64,000 nucleotides of DNA from Mobula hypostoma (Eukaryota). Location: positions 214,522,001 through 214,586,000 of the forward strand of contig NC_086097.1 of assembly GCF_963921235.1 (NCBI RefSeq), in the 5' to 3' direction. The notes beneath the pieces are model-generated. The model saw only the letters and a program-made list of their open reading frames with translations, had not been told where the DNA came from and did not search any database. Each line of letters starts with the position of its first letter. The stretch's first letter is position 1. The translations under genes were made by a program, and so were the position numbers. Positions 24,975 through 38,367 of the stretch are shown one piece after another.

Positions 24975-26550
24975 AGTGACCATGCAAGGAAAAACAGCGT
25001 TGACTGCTCCAGTGAAGCCTCCCTCCCTGACCTTTTAAACAACTTTTCTGCAGGCTTCGAGGCATGCAACTCAATGGCAGCCACCAAACCCTAGCCCTCG
25101 TCCTCGCCCAGGTGAGCAGCCGCTGCCTGTAAAACAGCACAAGTGAGGAGGAGTCTGCAGAGCGTTAACCCTCATAAGGCAGCCGGGTCAGACAAGATCC
25201 CAGGCCAAGTACTCAGAGAGTGTGCACCCCAGCTCTCTGATGCCTTCACGGACATCTTCAGTGCTTCACTCATTCAGGCTGTTATCCCACAAGCTTCAAT
25301 TCAGCCACCATCATCCCTGTACCAAAGAATTCTGCACCTTCAGACCTAAATGACTACTATCCCGTGGCACTAATGCCAATCTACATGAAGTGCTTTTAAC
25401 AGCTGGTACTGGCCTTAGTATCTGTCATGCACCTGGCTCTGACACACCTAAAACACAGAATGATTTACATCAGATTGCTTTTTCTGGATTTCAGTTTGGC
25501 ATTCAACACTATTTACCTACAAATCCTGGTGAACAAACTCCTGCTCCTCAGTCTAAGTACACCACTGTGCAACTGGTGTTAGAATTGCCAATAGGATGCA
25601 CAACCATTCCTCTTTCCCCATCAGCCTCAACACGGGTGCCTCCCAGACTGCATGCTGCGCCTGTTGCTGTGCCCTCTGCCCATACATGACTGCACGGCCC
25701 AGCACCCAGTTAACTGCATTGTCAAGTTCGCCAATTAACCAACAATAATGAGACACCCTACAGAGAGGAGGTGGAAAATAACTTCTTCCTCAATGTCAAT
25801 AAGACAATGGAGATGGTTATCATCTTCCGGAGAACTTGCACCCCTCTTTAAATCAGCACAACTGAGAGCATTTTCAATGTCCTGACAGTGCACATGCTGC
25901 AAACCTCTTAAGGTCGCAGAACACATTCTACATCATCAGGAAAGCTCACCAATGCCTCTGCTTTCTCAGGAGGCTGAAGAGAGCTGGAGTTTGCATGTCT
26001 ATACTCTTGTCCTTCCACATATGCACATCGTTCTACAGTACAGAAACCGCACTGCAGCGAACAGGAAGTTTCTGCAACAGTTAGTCAAATCTGCCCAAAG
26101 CATCACCGGCACATCATCAAGGACATCAACGCAGAAAGGTGGGGTAAAGGCCAGTAATATCATGAAGGATTCCACCCACCCTGCTCATGAACTGTTTGCC
26201 CTATTGCCATCAGGGAAGGGGTGAGTACCATGCATGCCAGGACTACCAGACTCAAACACAGTTACTTTTCCCAAGCGGTAAGGCTGATCAACACTTCCAC
26301 AACCACCACTACCACTACTTTATCATTTCCTGTCAGTCACCTCATGTGCAGAAACTCCTGTGCTTAGCGCCACCTTGTGGATGTGCAATCAATCTATGTA
26401 TGGTATATGAGCTACCTTATATGTTTATGTTTGTTGTTTTACGTTGTATTATTTATTGTGTTTTTTATATTGCATCAGATCTGTAGTAACAATTACCTTG
26501 TACTCTTTTACGTTTGTAATGGAAATGTCATTAAGTGTTAAATAATCTAA
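24975..26550 (+). mobile_element. Rex1/Babar LINE fragment, degenerate, nested in Tc1-derived element
   Basis: [71 protein letters not shown]. Confidence 0.88.
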
Positions 26551-26689
26551 ACACACAACATCTCTGTTGTATCACGTGGTTATTTAAGTTACTGTCACCT
26601 TCCTGTCAGCTTGGACTAGTCTGACTTCTCTCATTAACAAGGTGTTTTCACTGGGAGAACTGCCGCTCACTAGATGTTCTTTCTTTTTT

Positions 26690-26987
26690 TTTTGGCGTGT
26701 GCCTGCATGCGTGTGAGTCTGTGTGTGCGTGCGTGCGTCTGTGATGATATCTTCATGGCTTTTTTTTTAACAAGGCACGGAATGAGAGAGAGAGGGAGAC
26801 ACTGTGTGGCGTGTTACTCCTCACACAGACATTTCGCAGTATTTTCCCTTTATTTTACGAGGTCGAGTTGCGATCTCAACACTCAACCCGGCACGGATGG
26901 AAAGCGTACTCGGGAGTGGACCCGACTGGTTTCGAACCCAGGAACCTCCGCTCCCGGTCCGGCGCCGATATCATTGCGCCACCAGCC
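26690..26987 (-). mobile_element. tRNA-derived SINE, young
   Basis: Minus head GGCTGGTGGCGCAATGA (A box, 26972-26981) and GGTTCGAAACC (B box, 26928-26938); CpG-rich; simple-repeat and A-rich tail. Confidence 0.88.
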
Positions 26988-27359
26988 TTCCCGTTCTTTC
27001 TTTTTCTCTGTAAACTCTCGAGACTTCTGTGCACAAAAATCCCAAAAGATCAGCAGTTTCTGAGATACTCAAATTACCCTGTCTGGCACAAGCAATCATT
27101 CCATAAATTAAGTCGCTTAGATCACATTCCTTCTCCATTCTGATGTTTGGTCTGAACAGCAACGAAACCACTTGACCACATCTGCATGCCTTTATGCATT
27201 GAGTTGCTGCTAAATGATTGGCTGCTTAGGTATTTGCATTAATGAGTAGATGTACAGGTGTTAATAAAGTGACCACTGAGTGTAATTTCTCTGAATGAAG
27301 AAGAAAACCCTTTTGATCAGAGAGTGGTGAAAATGTGGAACTCACCATGATAAGGAGCG

Positions 27360-27850
27360 TAGAGTCATAGAAAGGTACAGCACAGAAACAGGCCCTCTGG
27401 CCCATCTAGTCCATGCAGAACTATTAATCTGCCCACTCCCATCAACCAGACATTGGCTCTCCATACCCCTCCCATCCATGTACCTATCCAAATTTCTCTT
27501 AAATGTTGAAATCAAACCTACATCTACCAATTCTGCTGGCATCTTGTTGCGCAGGCTTACAACCCTTTGAGTGAGGAAGTTCCCCTTCATGTTTCCCTTA
27601 ATTTTTTCACCTTTCACCCTCAACCCACAGCCTCTGGTTGTAGTTTCCGCTGTAGTCTCAGTGGAAAAAGCCTGCTTGTATTTATCTGATCTATACCCCT
27701 CATAATTCTGTATACCTCTCCCAATCTCCCTCAGTCTTCACCGTTCCAACGAATAAAGGCCTAACCTACTCAACCTTTCCTTCTAACCCAGGTCCTCCAG
27801 TCCTGGTAACATCTTTGTAAATTTTCTTTGTATTCTTTCAACCTTATTTT
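27360..27850 (-). mobile_element. CR1 3' fragment
   Basis: RVKGEKIKGNMKGNFLTQRVV...FKRNLDRYMDGRGME and CR1 tail. Confidence 0.9.
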
Positions 27851-27929
27851 TAACCAATTGATGCAAGTTGTATAGATGCATTTAAAGGGCATCCCTGTGA
27901 GGGCAAACTTACATGAGGAAGGTCAAATT

Positions 27930-30055
27930 TTAGAAAGAACTATTTTATAAGATCCCACACAAAAGATTGTTAAATAAAATGAGTGCTGATTGGGTTAGGG
28001 AATATGTAAGCATGAACAGAGACTGGTTAGTGGATTAGCATGAAGTTATAAGTCAGATGTAGTGAGGTTGAGTTGGCACAACCATCATTGCAGGGCCTCA
28101 TCCTATTTATTTTATGTGGATGTATGAGATGAAAGGAGAAAGACTGCTGGTGGCACAAGTCGAGATGCACAACTTAGCTGTAGGGAGTAGAGAAAACAAC
28201 CTGCTAAGGGATTTTCTGGAATATTCGTTGATTAACTGAACTTGAAAGGAGGAGACAAATGAAGAATAACGTGGGGGAATGTGAGGTAATTCACTTTGGT
28301 ACAGAGAATGGAAAAATTGTCAAATGTCTGACCTAGTAAATCTTGAGAGATAAGATGTTCTTTTACTTGCAACACAGAAAATTGACGTGCAGGCACAGCA
28401 TGTAGATAGGATATCTACAAAAATTGTAGTTTATTGCAAAGTAGATGGAGCAAAAGAGTAAAGATTTATTGCAATTCGATGGAGCTCATTTGGCATAATT
28501 TTAGTCTCTGTTCACAGAAAAGATATTATTACAACTACGAATCCTAGTTTATCTTGTGTAAAGTGATGGTTTAAACTAAAACCATTGAACTGCATTAAGA
28601 AGATAAACTACCAAATCCTATCAGGTATATTCCATGTCACATACTATTGACAGTATCCTAATGGATCTGTGAAACTCAGCTGAAGTTGTGCAAAGGAGGG
28701 AGGTGGTGGGTTTCCAGAGTGGGAGCCTGAGCCAGAAGCTGGTTGATAGTCAGACTCCCAGAAAAAAAACAAATCTAGGGTACATGATCAGATTCTCTTT
28801 CCCAGATTGGAAATGCCAAATACAAGAGGGCACAGGTTTAAGGTGACATAGGGAAAATTTAAAGGAGCTTTGTGGGGCTCCAAAAGAGAGTGGTAGATGC
28901 CTGGAATGTGTTGCCTGTGGAAGTAGTTGAAGCCAATGTAATAGCAACACTTAAGAGGCATTTAGACAGACTTGTGAGCAGGTAGGGATACATACCATGC
29001 ACAGTTTGATTGTTGCCTGTTTCTGTTTTGTACTCTATTGAGTTAAGTACTGGAGCAACCTGTGGTTTACCACAGAGGTTACTGCATCTACTAAGTGAAA
29101 ATGTGATAATTATATGATGCAGAAGAAAAGACTATAGATTCTGAGATTTACCTTTTCTGAAGTATACAAGGTTAAAAGTTAGTGTGTCACTCAAGCCTAT
29201 TCTTCCATTCACTTAAATTGTGGGTGATCTGTCCCACTACTCCATCTTTGCTCATTACTGATAACTCATGAAATTAAAATCTATTGACCTGAGTCTTGAG
29301 CATTTCAGTCGAACCAGTCTTCTGGTGAAATTAGTTTTGCATTTGCATTACTCTGTTTAAAAATGTATTCTGCTACTTCGTTCTACATACCAACACCAAA
29401 GGGCATTTCTGTGGTTTTAACCCCTCAATCATTTTAAGAACTTTGATCACCCACCAACTTTTGAAGTCACAGGACAAGACAAATTTCTGCAAGCTGTCCT
29501 CAGAGGTTAAGATTTTACGTCTAACTATCACTTTAATATGTCTGTGTAGTTCTTTATCCATGGTTAGGATGCTCCAAAACTGTTCTTTATAATAGCTCTG
29601 AGCAAGGGTCTGTATAATTGTTGTATCACCTCCTCAACTTGAAGATTAAATTCCCTTGAACATTTGCCCTAAACGTTCAGTATGCCCAAATGCATGAAGG
29701 ACACACAGAATAATGGAGGACAACAGAAAGCTATTTAACCCATTAATCTCTTCTGAATAACATTAGTTACATTTCCAATCTCTTTTTCATCTTCTGCAAT
29801 TTATTCCATTCTCTCCTAAAACCTATTGCTGCATTTGTAAGCAATACCTTTTCAGGAAGAGAATTTCTAAATCCTATCAATTGCATTACAAAAGTTTTTT
29901 TGTTTATGTGACTTCCGCTGCTTCAGGTAATTTCCATAAACCCATTTTGTTTCATTCATAGAAATAATTTTCCTTGTTCATTTTATTCAATTTTCTTATA
30001 ATTTCTATCAAACCAGTCTCCTCCCAGCTACTTCTGCTCTAAAAAGTATAGCCTG
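27930..30055. mobile_element. Patchwork of very old CR1 fragments (+ at ~27930-28530 and 28780-29040; - at ~29200-30055)
   Basis: Decayed motifs such as ATGTGAGGTAATTCACTTTGGT and AGAGGGCACAGGTTTAAGGTG. Confidence 0.55.
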
Positions 30056-30058
30056 TCC

Positions 30059-32008
30059 ATAAGACCATAAGACCATAAGACAAAGGAGCAGAAGTCGGCC
30101 ATTCGGCCCATCGAGTTTGCTCCACCATTTTATCATGAGCTGATCCATTCTCCCATTTAGTCCCACTCCCCCGCCTTCTCACCATAACCTTTGATGCCCT
30201 GGCTACTCAAATACCTATCAATCTCTGCCTTAAATACACCCAATGACTTGGCCTCCACTGCTGCCGGTGGCAACAAGTTCCATAGATTCACCACCCTCTG
30301 ACTAAAAAAATTTCTTCGCATTTCTGTTCTGAATGGGGGCCCTTCAATCCTTAAGTCATGCCCTGTCGTACTAGACTTCCCCATCATGGGAAACAACTTT
30401 GCCACATCCACTCTGACCATGCCTTTCAACATTCAAAATGTTTCTATGAGGTCTCCCCTCATTCTTCTAAACTCCAAGGAATACAGTCCAAGAGTGGACA
30501 AATGTTCCTCATATGTTAACCCTCTCATTCCCAGAATCATTCTAGTGAATCTTCTCTGTACCCTCTCCAACGTCAGCATATCCTTTCTTAAATAAGGAGA
30601 CCAAAACTGCCCACAGTACTCCAAGTGAGGTCTCACCAGTGCCTTATAGAGCCTCAACATCACATCCCTGCTGCTATACTCTATTCCTCTAGAAATGAAT
30701 GCCAACATTGCATTCACCTTTTTCACTACTGACTCAACCTGGAGGTTAACTTTAAGGGTATCCTGTACGAGGACTCCCAAGTCCCGTTGCATCTCCGAAC
30801 TTAGAATTCTTTCCCCATTTAAATAATAGTCTGCCCGTTTATTTTTTCTGCCGAAGTGCATAACCATACACTTTGTGTGAGCAGAATTATCTGCAGCTTA
30901 ATGTGAAAAAGACTAAGGAGCTGGTGGTGGACCTGAGGAGAGCTAAGGTACTGGTGACCCCTGTTTCCATCCAGGGGGTCAGTGTGGACATGGTGGAGGA
31001 TTACAAATACCTGGGGATACGAATTGACAATAAACTGGACTGGTCTAAGAACACTGAGGCTGTCTACAAGAAGGGTCAGAGCCGTCTCTATTTCCTGAGG
31101 AGACTGAGGTCCTTTAACATCTGCCGGATGATGCTGAGGATGTTCTACGAGTCTGTGGTGGCCAGTGCTATCATGTTTGCTGTTGTGTGCTGGGGCAGCA
31201 GGCTGAGGGTAGCAGACACCAAGAGAATCAACAAACTCATTCGTAAGGCCAGTGATGTTGTGGGGATGGAACTGGACTCTCTCACGGTGGTGTCTGAAAA
31301 GAGGATGCTGTCCAAGTTGCATGCCATCTTGGTCAATGTCTCCCATCCACTACGTAATGTGCTGGGTGGGCACAGGAGTACATTCAGCCAGAAACTCATT
31401 CCTCCAAGATGTAGCACAGAGCGTCATAGGAAGTCATTCCTGCCTGTGGCCATTAAACTTTACAACTCCCCCCTTGGAGGGTCAGACACCCTGAACCGAT
31501 TGGCTGGTCCTGGACTTATTTCATAATTTACTGGCATAATTTATATATTACTATTTAACTATTTATGGTTTTATTACTATTTATTATTTATGGTGCAACT
31601 GTAACGAAAACCAATTTCCCCCGGGATCAATAAAATATGACTATGACTTTCCAACATTGTACTTCATTTGCCACTTCTCTGCCCATTCTTCCAATCTATC
31701 CAAGTCTCTCTGCAGACTCTCCGTTTCCTCAGCATTACCGGCCCCTCCACCTATCTTCGTATTGTCAGCAAACTTAGCCACAAATCCATCTATTCCATAA
31801 TCCAAATCGTTGATGTACAATGTAAAAAGAAGCAGCCCCAACCGGACCCCTGTGGAACACCACTGGTAACCAGCAGCCAACCAGAATAGGATCCCTTTAT
31901 TCCCACTCTCTGTTTCCTGCCAATCAGCCAATGCTCTATCCATGTATGTAACTTTCCCGTAATTCCATGGGCTCTTATCTTGTTAAGTAGCCTCATGTAT
32001 GGCACCAA
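30059..32008 (-). mobile_element. CR1 LINE, young, 5'-truncated, interrupted by Rex1
   Basis: RLLNKIRAHGITG, SGVPQGS, KFADNTKIGG, LVRPHLEYCGQFWSPYLRKD, (TAAGACCA)n tail. Confidence 0.95.
30875..31645 (+). mobile_element. Rex1/Babar 3' fragment, young, open frame
   Basis: 217-aa ORF with NYLQLNVKKTKELVVD, YKYLG, KGQSRLYFLRRLRSF; (TATGAC)n tail; ACTTT duplication at 30870-30874 and 31646-31650. Confidence 0.93.
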
Positions 32009-32067
32009 GTCCAAACAGTTTAACTTTTATCTTTTATCTTTGATCTTTGAAACTATTCTAGTAAATT

Positions 32068-33175
32068 ACAAACAAGAGGAAGTCTGCAGGTGTTGGGAAT
32101 CCAAAGCAAAACGCTGGGGGAGCTCAGCAGGTCAGGCAGCATCCGTGGAAAAGAGTAAACAGTTAATGATTCAGGCTGAGACCCTCCTTTAGGACTGAGA
32201 AGGAAGGGTGAAGATACCAGAATAAAAAGGTGGGGGGAGGGGAAGGAGGCGAGCTGGAAGGTAATAGGTGGGTGGGAAAGGTGACTGGAGAAGAAGGAAT
32301 CTGAGAAGAGAGAAGAATGGACAATAGGAAAAAGAGAAGGAGGAGGAGGAGTCCCAGGGAAGCAATTGGCAGGTGAGAAGAAGTGAAAAGTCAGAGTGGG
32401 GAATAGGGGAAGGGGGAGGGACGGGAGGATTAGATTGAATTAGATTATGAGGACACGCAGTCCTCTTTTATTGTCATTTAGTAATGCATGCATTAAGAAA
32501 TGATACAATATTCCTCCGGTGTGATATCACAGAAACACAGGACAGACCAAGACTGAAAAACTGACAAAACCACGTAATTATAACATATAGTTACAACAGT
32601 GCAACAATACCATAACTTGATGAAGAACAGGCCATGGCACAATAAAAAAGTTCAAATCTCTTGAATGTCCCACATCTCACGCAGACGGGAGAAGGAAGAA
32701 AACTCTCCCTGCCATGCCCGACCACAGTCCGACTCTGAGTCGTCCGAAAACTTTGAGCCTTTGATCAGCCCTCCGACACCGAGCACCATCTCTATCCGAA
32801 CCCTTCGACCTCAGCCTTGGTCACCAGCAGCAGGCAAAGCTGGGGATTTTGGGGCCTTCCCTCCAGAAGGTTCTCGATCGCTCAGTAACAGCAGCAGCGA
32901 ACTGGCATTTCAGAAATTTCTCCAGATGTTCCTTTGTGCTTTCACGTCTGTCTCCATCAAATCAGAATTGTCCACGGCCCCTATTTAACGGATGCAATAT
33001 CATTTCACCGGAGAGCTGCGTGCGCTGCGTCACGCTGCCATCTTCTCCTCCCGCCTAATAAAGGAGATTTATTCGCTAGAAGAAAATTGATATTCGTGCT
33101 GTCAGGTTGGAGGCTACCCAGACGGAATATAAGGTGTTGCTCCTCCACCCTGAGGGTGGCCTCTTCTTGGCACAT
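32068..33175 (-). mobile_element. Penelope-like element 3' fragment, interrupted by family A copy 2
   Basis: Terminal GAGCTCAGCAGGTCAGGCAGCATC motif, purine-rich tract, then minus-strand LRVEEQHLIFRLGSLQPDSTNI (GIY-YIG C-terminus-like). Confidence 0.8.
32428..33055 (-). mobile_element. Non-autonomous AAGATGGC-headed retroelement, family A copy 2
   Basis: Highly similar to 47499-48131 over full length; head GGCGGGAGGAGAAGATGGCAGCG; stem-loop plus (AATCT)n tail. Confidence 0.88.
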
Positions 33176-33656
33176 TAAATCTTTATTATTTCTACAACTT
33201 CTCCAAAAGCTTCAGTTCCTTTTCAATATTGCCTAACTACCTCAAAGCTGAAAATGGCATTCAGTGTTGAGTTAAACCAGACCTATACATGTTTATTTTA
33301 CTTACCTGGATTTTGTTGTCAGTTTCAAAAAAAATCACATGTGCTTTTCTTTAATCAGCCTTTTCAAATTGTCCGACCTATGACCTTGTACTTGTATCCA
33401 CAGGGTTTACTTTCCAGATCCCTTTAAAATAGCACTACTTAGTTCATTTTGCATATCCTCCCAACTCCAACCTCGCTACTCCCCGTGCCATTTAACTTCT
33501 CCTATTTTCCTCCGATCTGGTCTGATTTCTGGGAAACATCCCTCACTTCAGTGTGAGAACCAGTTATTGACTGAACAATAGATTTTGAAATTTCCTTTCT
33601 CCTTTCCTCTTTCATTCCATGGCTGTCAAGCCGGCATCAAGCACTTTGATCACACT

Positions 33657-34130
33657 TAAGACCATAAGATCATAAGATATAGGAGCAGAAGTAGGCCATT
33701 CGACCCATCAAGTCTGCTCCACCATTCAATCATGGGCTGATCCAATTCTTCCTGTCATCCCCTCTCCCCTGGCTTCTCCCCATACTCTTTGATGCCCTGG
33801 CTAACCAAGAACCTATCTATCTCTGCCCTAAATGCACCCAATGACTTGGCCTCCACAGCCGCTGATGGCAACAAATTCCACAGATTTACCACCCTCTGAC
33901 TAAAGAAATTTCTCAGCATCTCTGTTCTAAATAGACATCCTTCAATCCTGAAGTCGTACCCTCTTGTCCTAGACTCCTCTACTATGAGAAGTATCTTTGC
34001 CATATCTAATCTGTTCAGGCCTTTCAACATTTGGAGTGTTTCTATGAGATCCCTCCTCATTTCCCTGGACTCCAGGGAATACAGCCCAAGAGATGCCAGA
34101 TGTTCCTCATACGGTAACCCTTTCAAACCT
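33657..34130 (-). mobile_element. CR1 3' fragment
   Basis: KGLPYEEHLASLGLYSLE...NFFSQRVVNLWN..., TAAGACCATAAGATCATAAG tail. Confidence 0.92.
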
Positions 34131-34436
34131 TTCATTTGTATGTGGCTCTTATCTGCCTGCTCTATCATCTCATCAAGAATTTTGATAATGAACATGGAAA
34201 ACCGAATCCCCTCATACTTGCTCTGCCAAACCATAAGATCAAGTCTGACACTGAGGCAAAAATAAATCTGCATTATAACCCTTGATTGTCATAATATCCA
34301 ATAATCTAATTATCTCAGTCTTGAATATACATCATGACTGAGCTGCTACAGGGTCGAGAATTAAATACTCACTATCACCTCAGTGAAGAAGTTTCTTCTC
34401 AAATCAATTCTGAATGGAAAGACCCATTATTTGGAG

Positions 34437-34705
34437 AACACAAGAGATTCTGCAAATGCTGTAAATCTAGAGCAACACACACAAAGTTCTGGAGGATCTT
34501 AGCAGATCAGGTGGCATTCTTGCAGAGGAATAAACATTTGACATTTTGGGACAAGAGCCTTCATCAGGTCTCAAAGGAAGGGGGAAAGAAGCTACATAAG
34601 TTTGGGTTGTGGAAGGAGGACAAGCTGGTAGGTCATAGGTGAAACCAGGTGAGGGTGAAGCAGGGTTGGTGGAGGCAGGGAGTGAATTGAGAAGTTGGGA
34701 GGTGA
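34437..34705 (-). mobile_element. Penelope-like terminal fragment inside an old CR1
   Basis: ACACAAGAGATTCTGCA..TGCTG...CTGGAGGATCTTAGCAG; minus-strand CTGATGAAGG..CCCAAAA at 34544-34567. Confidence 0.7.
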
Positions 34706-35199
34706 GATTTTCTTTTGAGATTGTGATTGCTAGTTAAAGAGCACATCATTCCTCCATATCACCCTGTTAGCCCCTGTAGGAATGTTTGTTTGCTTCAATG
34801 AGATCACCTCTCATTCTGCTCAACTCTGGAGTGTACAGCTGAATCACTTCTCCCAAGAAAAAACACACACTTCAGGACTGACTTAGACAGACGCAGCCTT
34901 TGCCCTAACAAATCTGTGCTGGCTCTCCTTTCTTAACAGCAGTCTATATTTAGTCCATATTATTCTGCATGAGCCCAACTGTATTTCTCAGTTTCTATAA
35001 GCTTGCCCACCTCTAACAGTGAAGTGAGTCAACTATGATTGCCATACTTATCCTTCCCACGACAAGGGATCTAACATCCTACATCATCTTGTTCTTTGCT
35101 AGCATGGAGACATGGAATCATAAAAAACCAGAACACAGAAAGAGGCTGAACTAATTTGGCAGGGAATAGGAAATGGCATAATGGGGCTAAGGGTGGGAC

Positions 35200-38110
35200 A
35201 GTTGCTATACAAGTCAATGCAGTGTGTAGTGACACTGTGATGAAGGGCAGGCAGAAGATAGGGCAAAGTACCAGTCAGTGGGATGAATTGAAGTGTAACA
35301 TTGGGACATGATGGACTGAAAGTTTTATATTTGTATGCAGTAGACAAAATAAATTAGATGCCCTTAGAGCATAATGAAAGAATGGCAGATATGATATTAT
35401 GGGCATCACTGAGTCGTGGCTGAAAGCAGATCATATTTGGGAGCCTAACATCTAAGGATGTACATTGTATCGAAAGGACAGGCAAGAAGGCGGGGGGGGG
35501 GTGGTTGGGATGGCTCTATTGGCAAAAATTGTAATCAAATCCTTAGGAACAAGCATAGAAAACCTACAGCACAATACAGGCCCTTCAGCCACAATGCTGT
35601 GCCGAACATGTACTTGCTTTAGAAATTACCTAGGGTTACCTATAGCCCTCTATTTTTCTAAGCTCCATGTCCCTATCCAAGAGTCTCTTAAAAGACCCTA
35701 TTGTATCCGCCTCCGCCACAGTCGCCGGCAGCCCATTCCACGCACTCACCAATCTCTGCATAAAAAAACTTCCCCTGACATCTCTTCTATACCTACTTCC
35801 AAGCACCTTAAAACCCTCATGGTCCTCTCATGTTAGCCATTTCAGCCCTGGGAAAAAGCCTCTGACTATTCACATGATCAACGCTAGTCATCATCTTATA
35901 TATCTCTATCAAGTCACCTCTCATCCTCCGTTGCTCCAAGGAAAAAAGGCTGAGTTCACTCAACCTATTCTCCTAAGGCATGCTCCCCAATCCAGGCAAC
36001 ATCCTTGTAAGTCTCTTCTGCACCCTTTCTATAGTTTCCACATCCTTCCTGTAATGAGGTGACCAGAACTGAGCACAGTACTCTGAGTGGGGTCTGACCT
36101 ATGTCCTATAAAGCTGTAACATTACCTCTCAGCTCTTAAACTCAATCTCATGGTTGATGAAGGCCAATACACTGCGTGCCTTCTTAACAACACAGTCAAC
36201 CCGCACGGCAACTTTGAGTGTCCTGTGGACTCGGACCCCAAGATTCCTCTGATCCTCCACACTGCCAAGAGTCTTACCATTAATACTATATTCTGCCATC
36301 ATATTTGACCTACCAAATTGAACCACCTCACACTTAACTAGGTTGAATTCCATCTGCCACTTCTCAGTCCAATTTTGCATCCTATCGATGTCCCAGTGTA
36401 ACCTCTGACAGCCCTCCACACTATCCACAACACCCCCAACCTTTGTGTCATCAACAAATTTACTAACCCATCCCTCCACTTCCTCATCCAGGTCACTTAT
36501 AACAATTATGAAGAGAAGGGGTCCCAGAACAGATCCCTGAGGCACATCACTGGTTACCGACCTCCATGCAGAATATGACCCATCTACAACCACTCTCTGA
36601 CCTCTGTGGGCAAGCCAATTCTGGATCCACAAAGCAAGGACCCCTTGGATCCAATGCCTCCTTACGTTCTCAATAAGCCGTGCATCGGCTTATCACCTTA
36701 TCAAGTGCTTTGCTGAAATCTATATACACTACATCTACCTTCATCGATGTGTGTAATCCCATCCTCAAAAAATTCAATCATGCTTGTAAGGCATGCCCTG
36801 CCTTTGACAAAGCCATGCTGACTATACCTAATCATATTATGCCTCTACAAATGTTCATAGGTCCTGCCTCTCAGGATCCTCTCCACCAACTTACCAACCA
36901 CTGAAGTAAGACACACTGGTCTATAATTTCCTGGGCTATCCCTACTCCCTTTGTTGAATAAGGGAACAACATCTGCAACCCTCCAATCCTCCGGAGCCTC
37001 TCCCATCCCCATTGATGATGCAAAGATCATTGCCAGAGGCTCAGCAATCTCCTCCCTCGCCTCCCACAGTCACCTGGGGTATATCTTGTCCAGTCCGGTC
37101 CAATTTGATGCTTTCCAAAAGCTCCAGCACATCCTTTTTCCTAATGTCTATATGCTCAAGCTTTTCAGTCTGCTGTAAGTCATCCCTACAATCGCCAAGG
37201 TCCTTTTCCGTAGTGAATACTGAAGCAAAGTATAAGTACCTCTGCTACCCTCTCCAATTCCATGCACGCTTTTCAACTGTCACACTTGATTGGTCCTATT
37301 TTCTCACGTCTTATCCTCTTGCTCTTCACGTACTTGTAGAATGCCTTGGGGTTTTCCTTAATCCTCTCCACAAAGGCCTTCTCATGGCCCCTTCTGGCTC
37401 TCCTAATTTCATTCTTAAACTCCTTCCTGCTAGCCTTGTAATTTTCTAGATCTCTATCATTGCCTAGTTTTCTGAATCTTTAGTAAGCTTTTCTTTTCTT
37501 CTTGACTAGATTTTCAACAGCCTTAATACACCATGGTTCCTGTACCCTACCTTCCTTTCCCTGTCTCCTTTCACAGTAATTTATGTCCTCTCTTTCACTT
37601 TTATGCTGTCCTTGACTTCCCTTGTTTGTTACCATACCCTCTTCCTCCCTTCTGAATACGTCTTCATTTTTTTGATGTATCTATCTTGCACTTTCCGAAT
37701 TTCTCCCAAAAATTCCAGCCATTGCTGTTCTGATGGCTAATTTTCCACTGTGAAAAGAGATGATATTGAATCATATGATGTAGACTCTTTGTGGGTAGAG
37801 TTAAAAAAACTGCAAGGGTAAAAATACCTTGATGGGAGTTTTCTACAGCCTTCCAAACAGTAGCCGGGATGTTTGGTACAAATTACAGTGGGAGTTCAAA
37901 AAGGAATATAAAAAGGGCATTGTTATGTTAGTCATGGGGGATTTCAATACTCGGGCAAATTGGGAAAATCAGGAGGCTGCTTGATCACAAGAGAAGGAAT
38001 TTGTAGAAAGCCTACAGGATGACTTTTGAGAGCAACTTGATGTTGAGCCCACTAGGGGAAGGGTAATATTGGATTGGGTGTTGTGTCATGAGCTGGATTT
38101 GACAAGGAAC
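35200..38110 (+). mobile_element. CR1 endonuclease region (35200-35546 and ~37755-38110) split by nested antisense CR1s
   Basis: GITESWLK, LYRKDRQEG.GG on the left; SLWVEL, VMGDFN, LDWVL on the right. Confidence 0.75.
35547..37565 (-). mobile_element. CR1 LINE, 5'-truncated
   Basis: [50 protein letters not shown], 3' end with CR1 tail. Confidence 0.95.
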
Positions 38111-38177
38111 ACCTTGTAGGGCCTGGGGATTTATCCATCCTAACTTTCCTTGAGGCAGCAAATACCTCTTCCTTTGT

Positions 38178-38367
38178 GATGCTCACAACACGCTGGAGGA
38201 ACTCAGCAGGTCAGGCAGCATCCGTGGAAACGATCAGTCGACGTTTCAGAGGGTTCTGGGCCAAAACATCCACGGATCGTTTCCACGGATGCTGCCTGAC
38301 CTGCTGAGTTCCTCCAGCGTGTTGTGAGTGTTGCTTTGACCCCGGCATCTGCAGATTATTTTGTGTT
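38178..38367. mobile_element. Palindromic Penelope-derived mini-element
   Basis: Perfect 54-bp inverted repeat (38182-38235 and 38275-38328); 15-bp TSD TACCTCTTCCTTTGT at 38163-38177 and 38368-38382. Confidence 0.85.

Larger units (their letters stand above)
24866..27282 (-). mobile_element. Non-autonomous Tc1-derived element with two nested insertions
   Basis: Right end TAATAAAGTGACCACTGAGTG|TA, similar motif at 24868-24896; residual transposase N-terminus MEKECDLSD...GMIACARQGNLSISETADLLGF..VSRVYRE. Confidence 0.85.

Noticed and set aside
26925..26987. tRNA gene
   Set aside because: A/B boxes present but no full cloverleaf; continues into a SINE body and tail.
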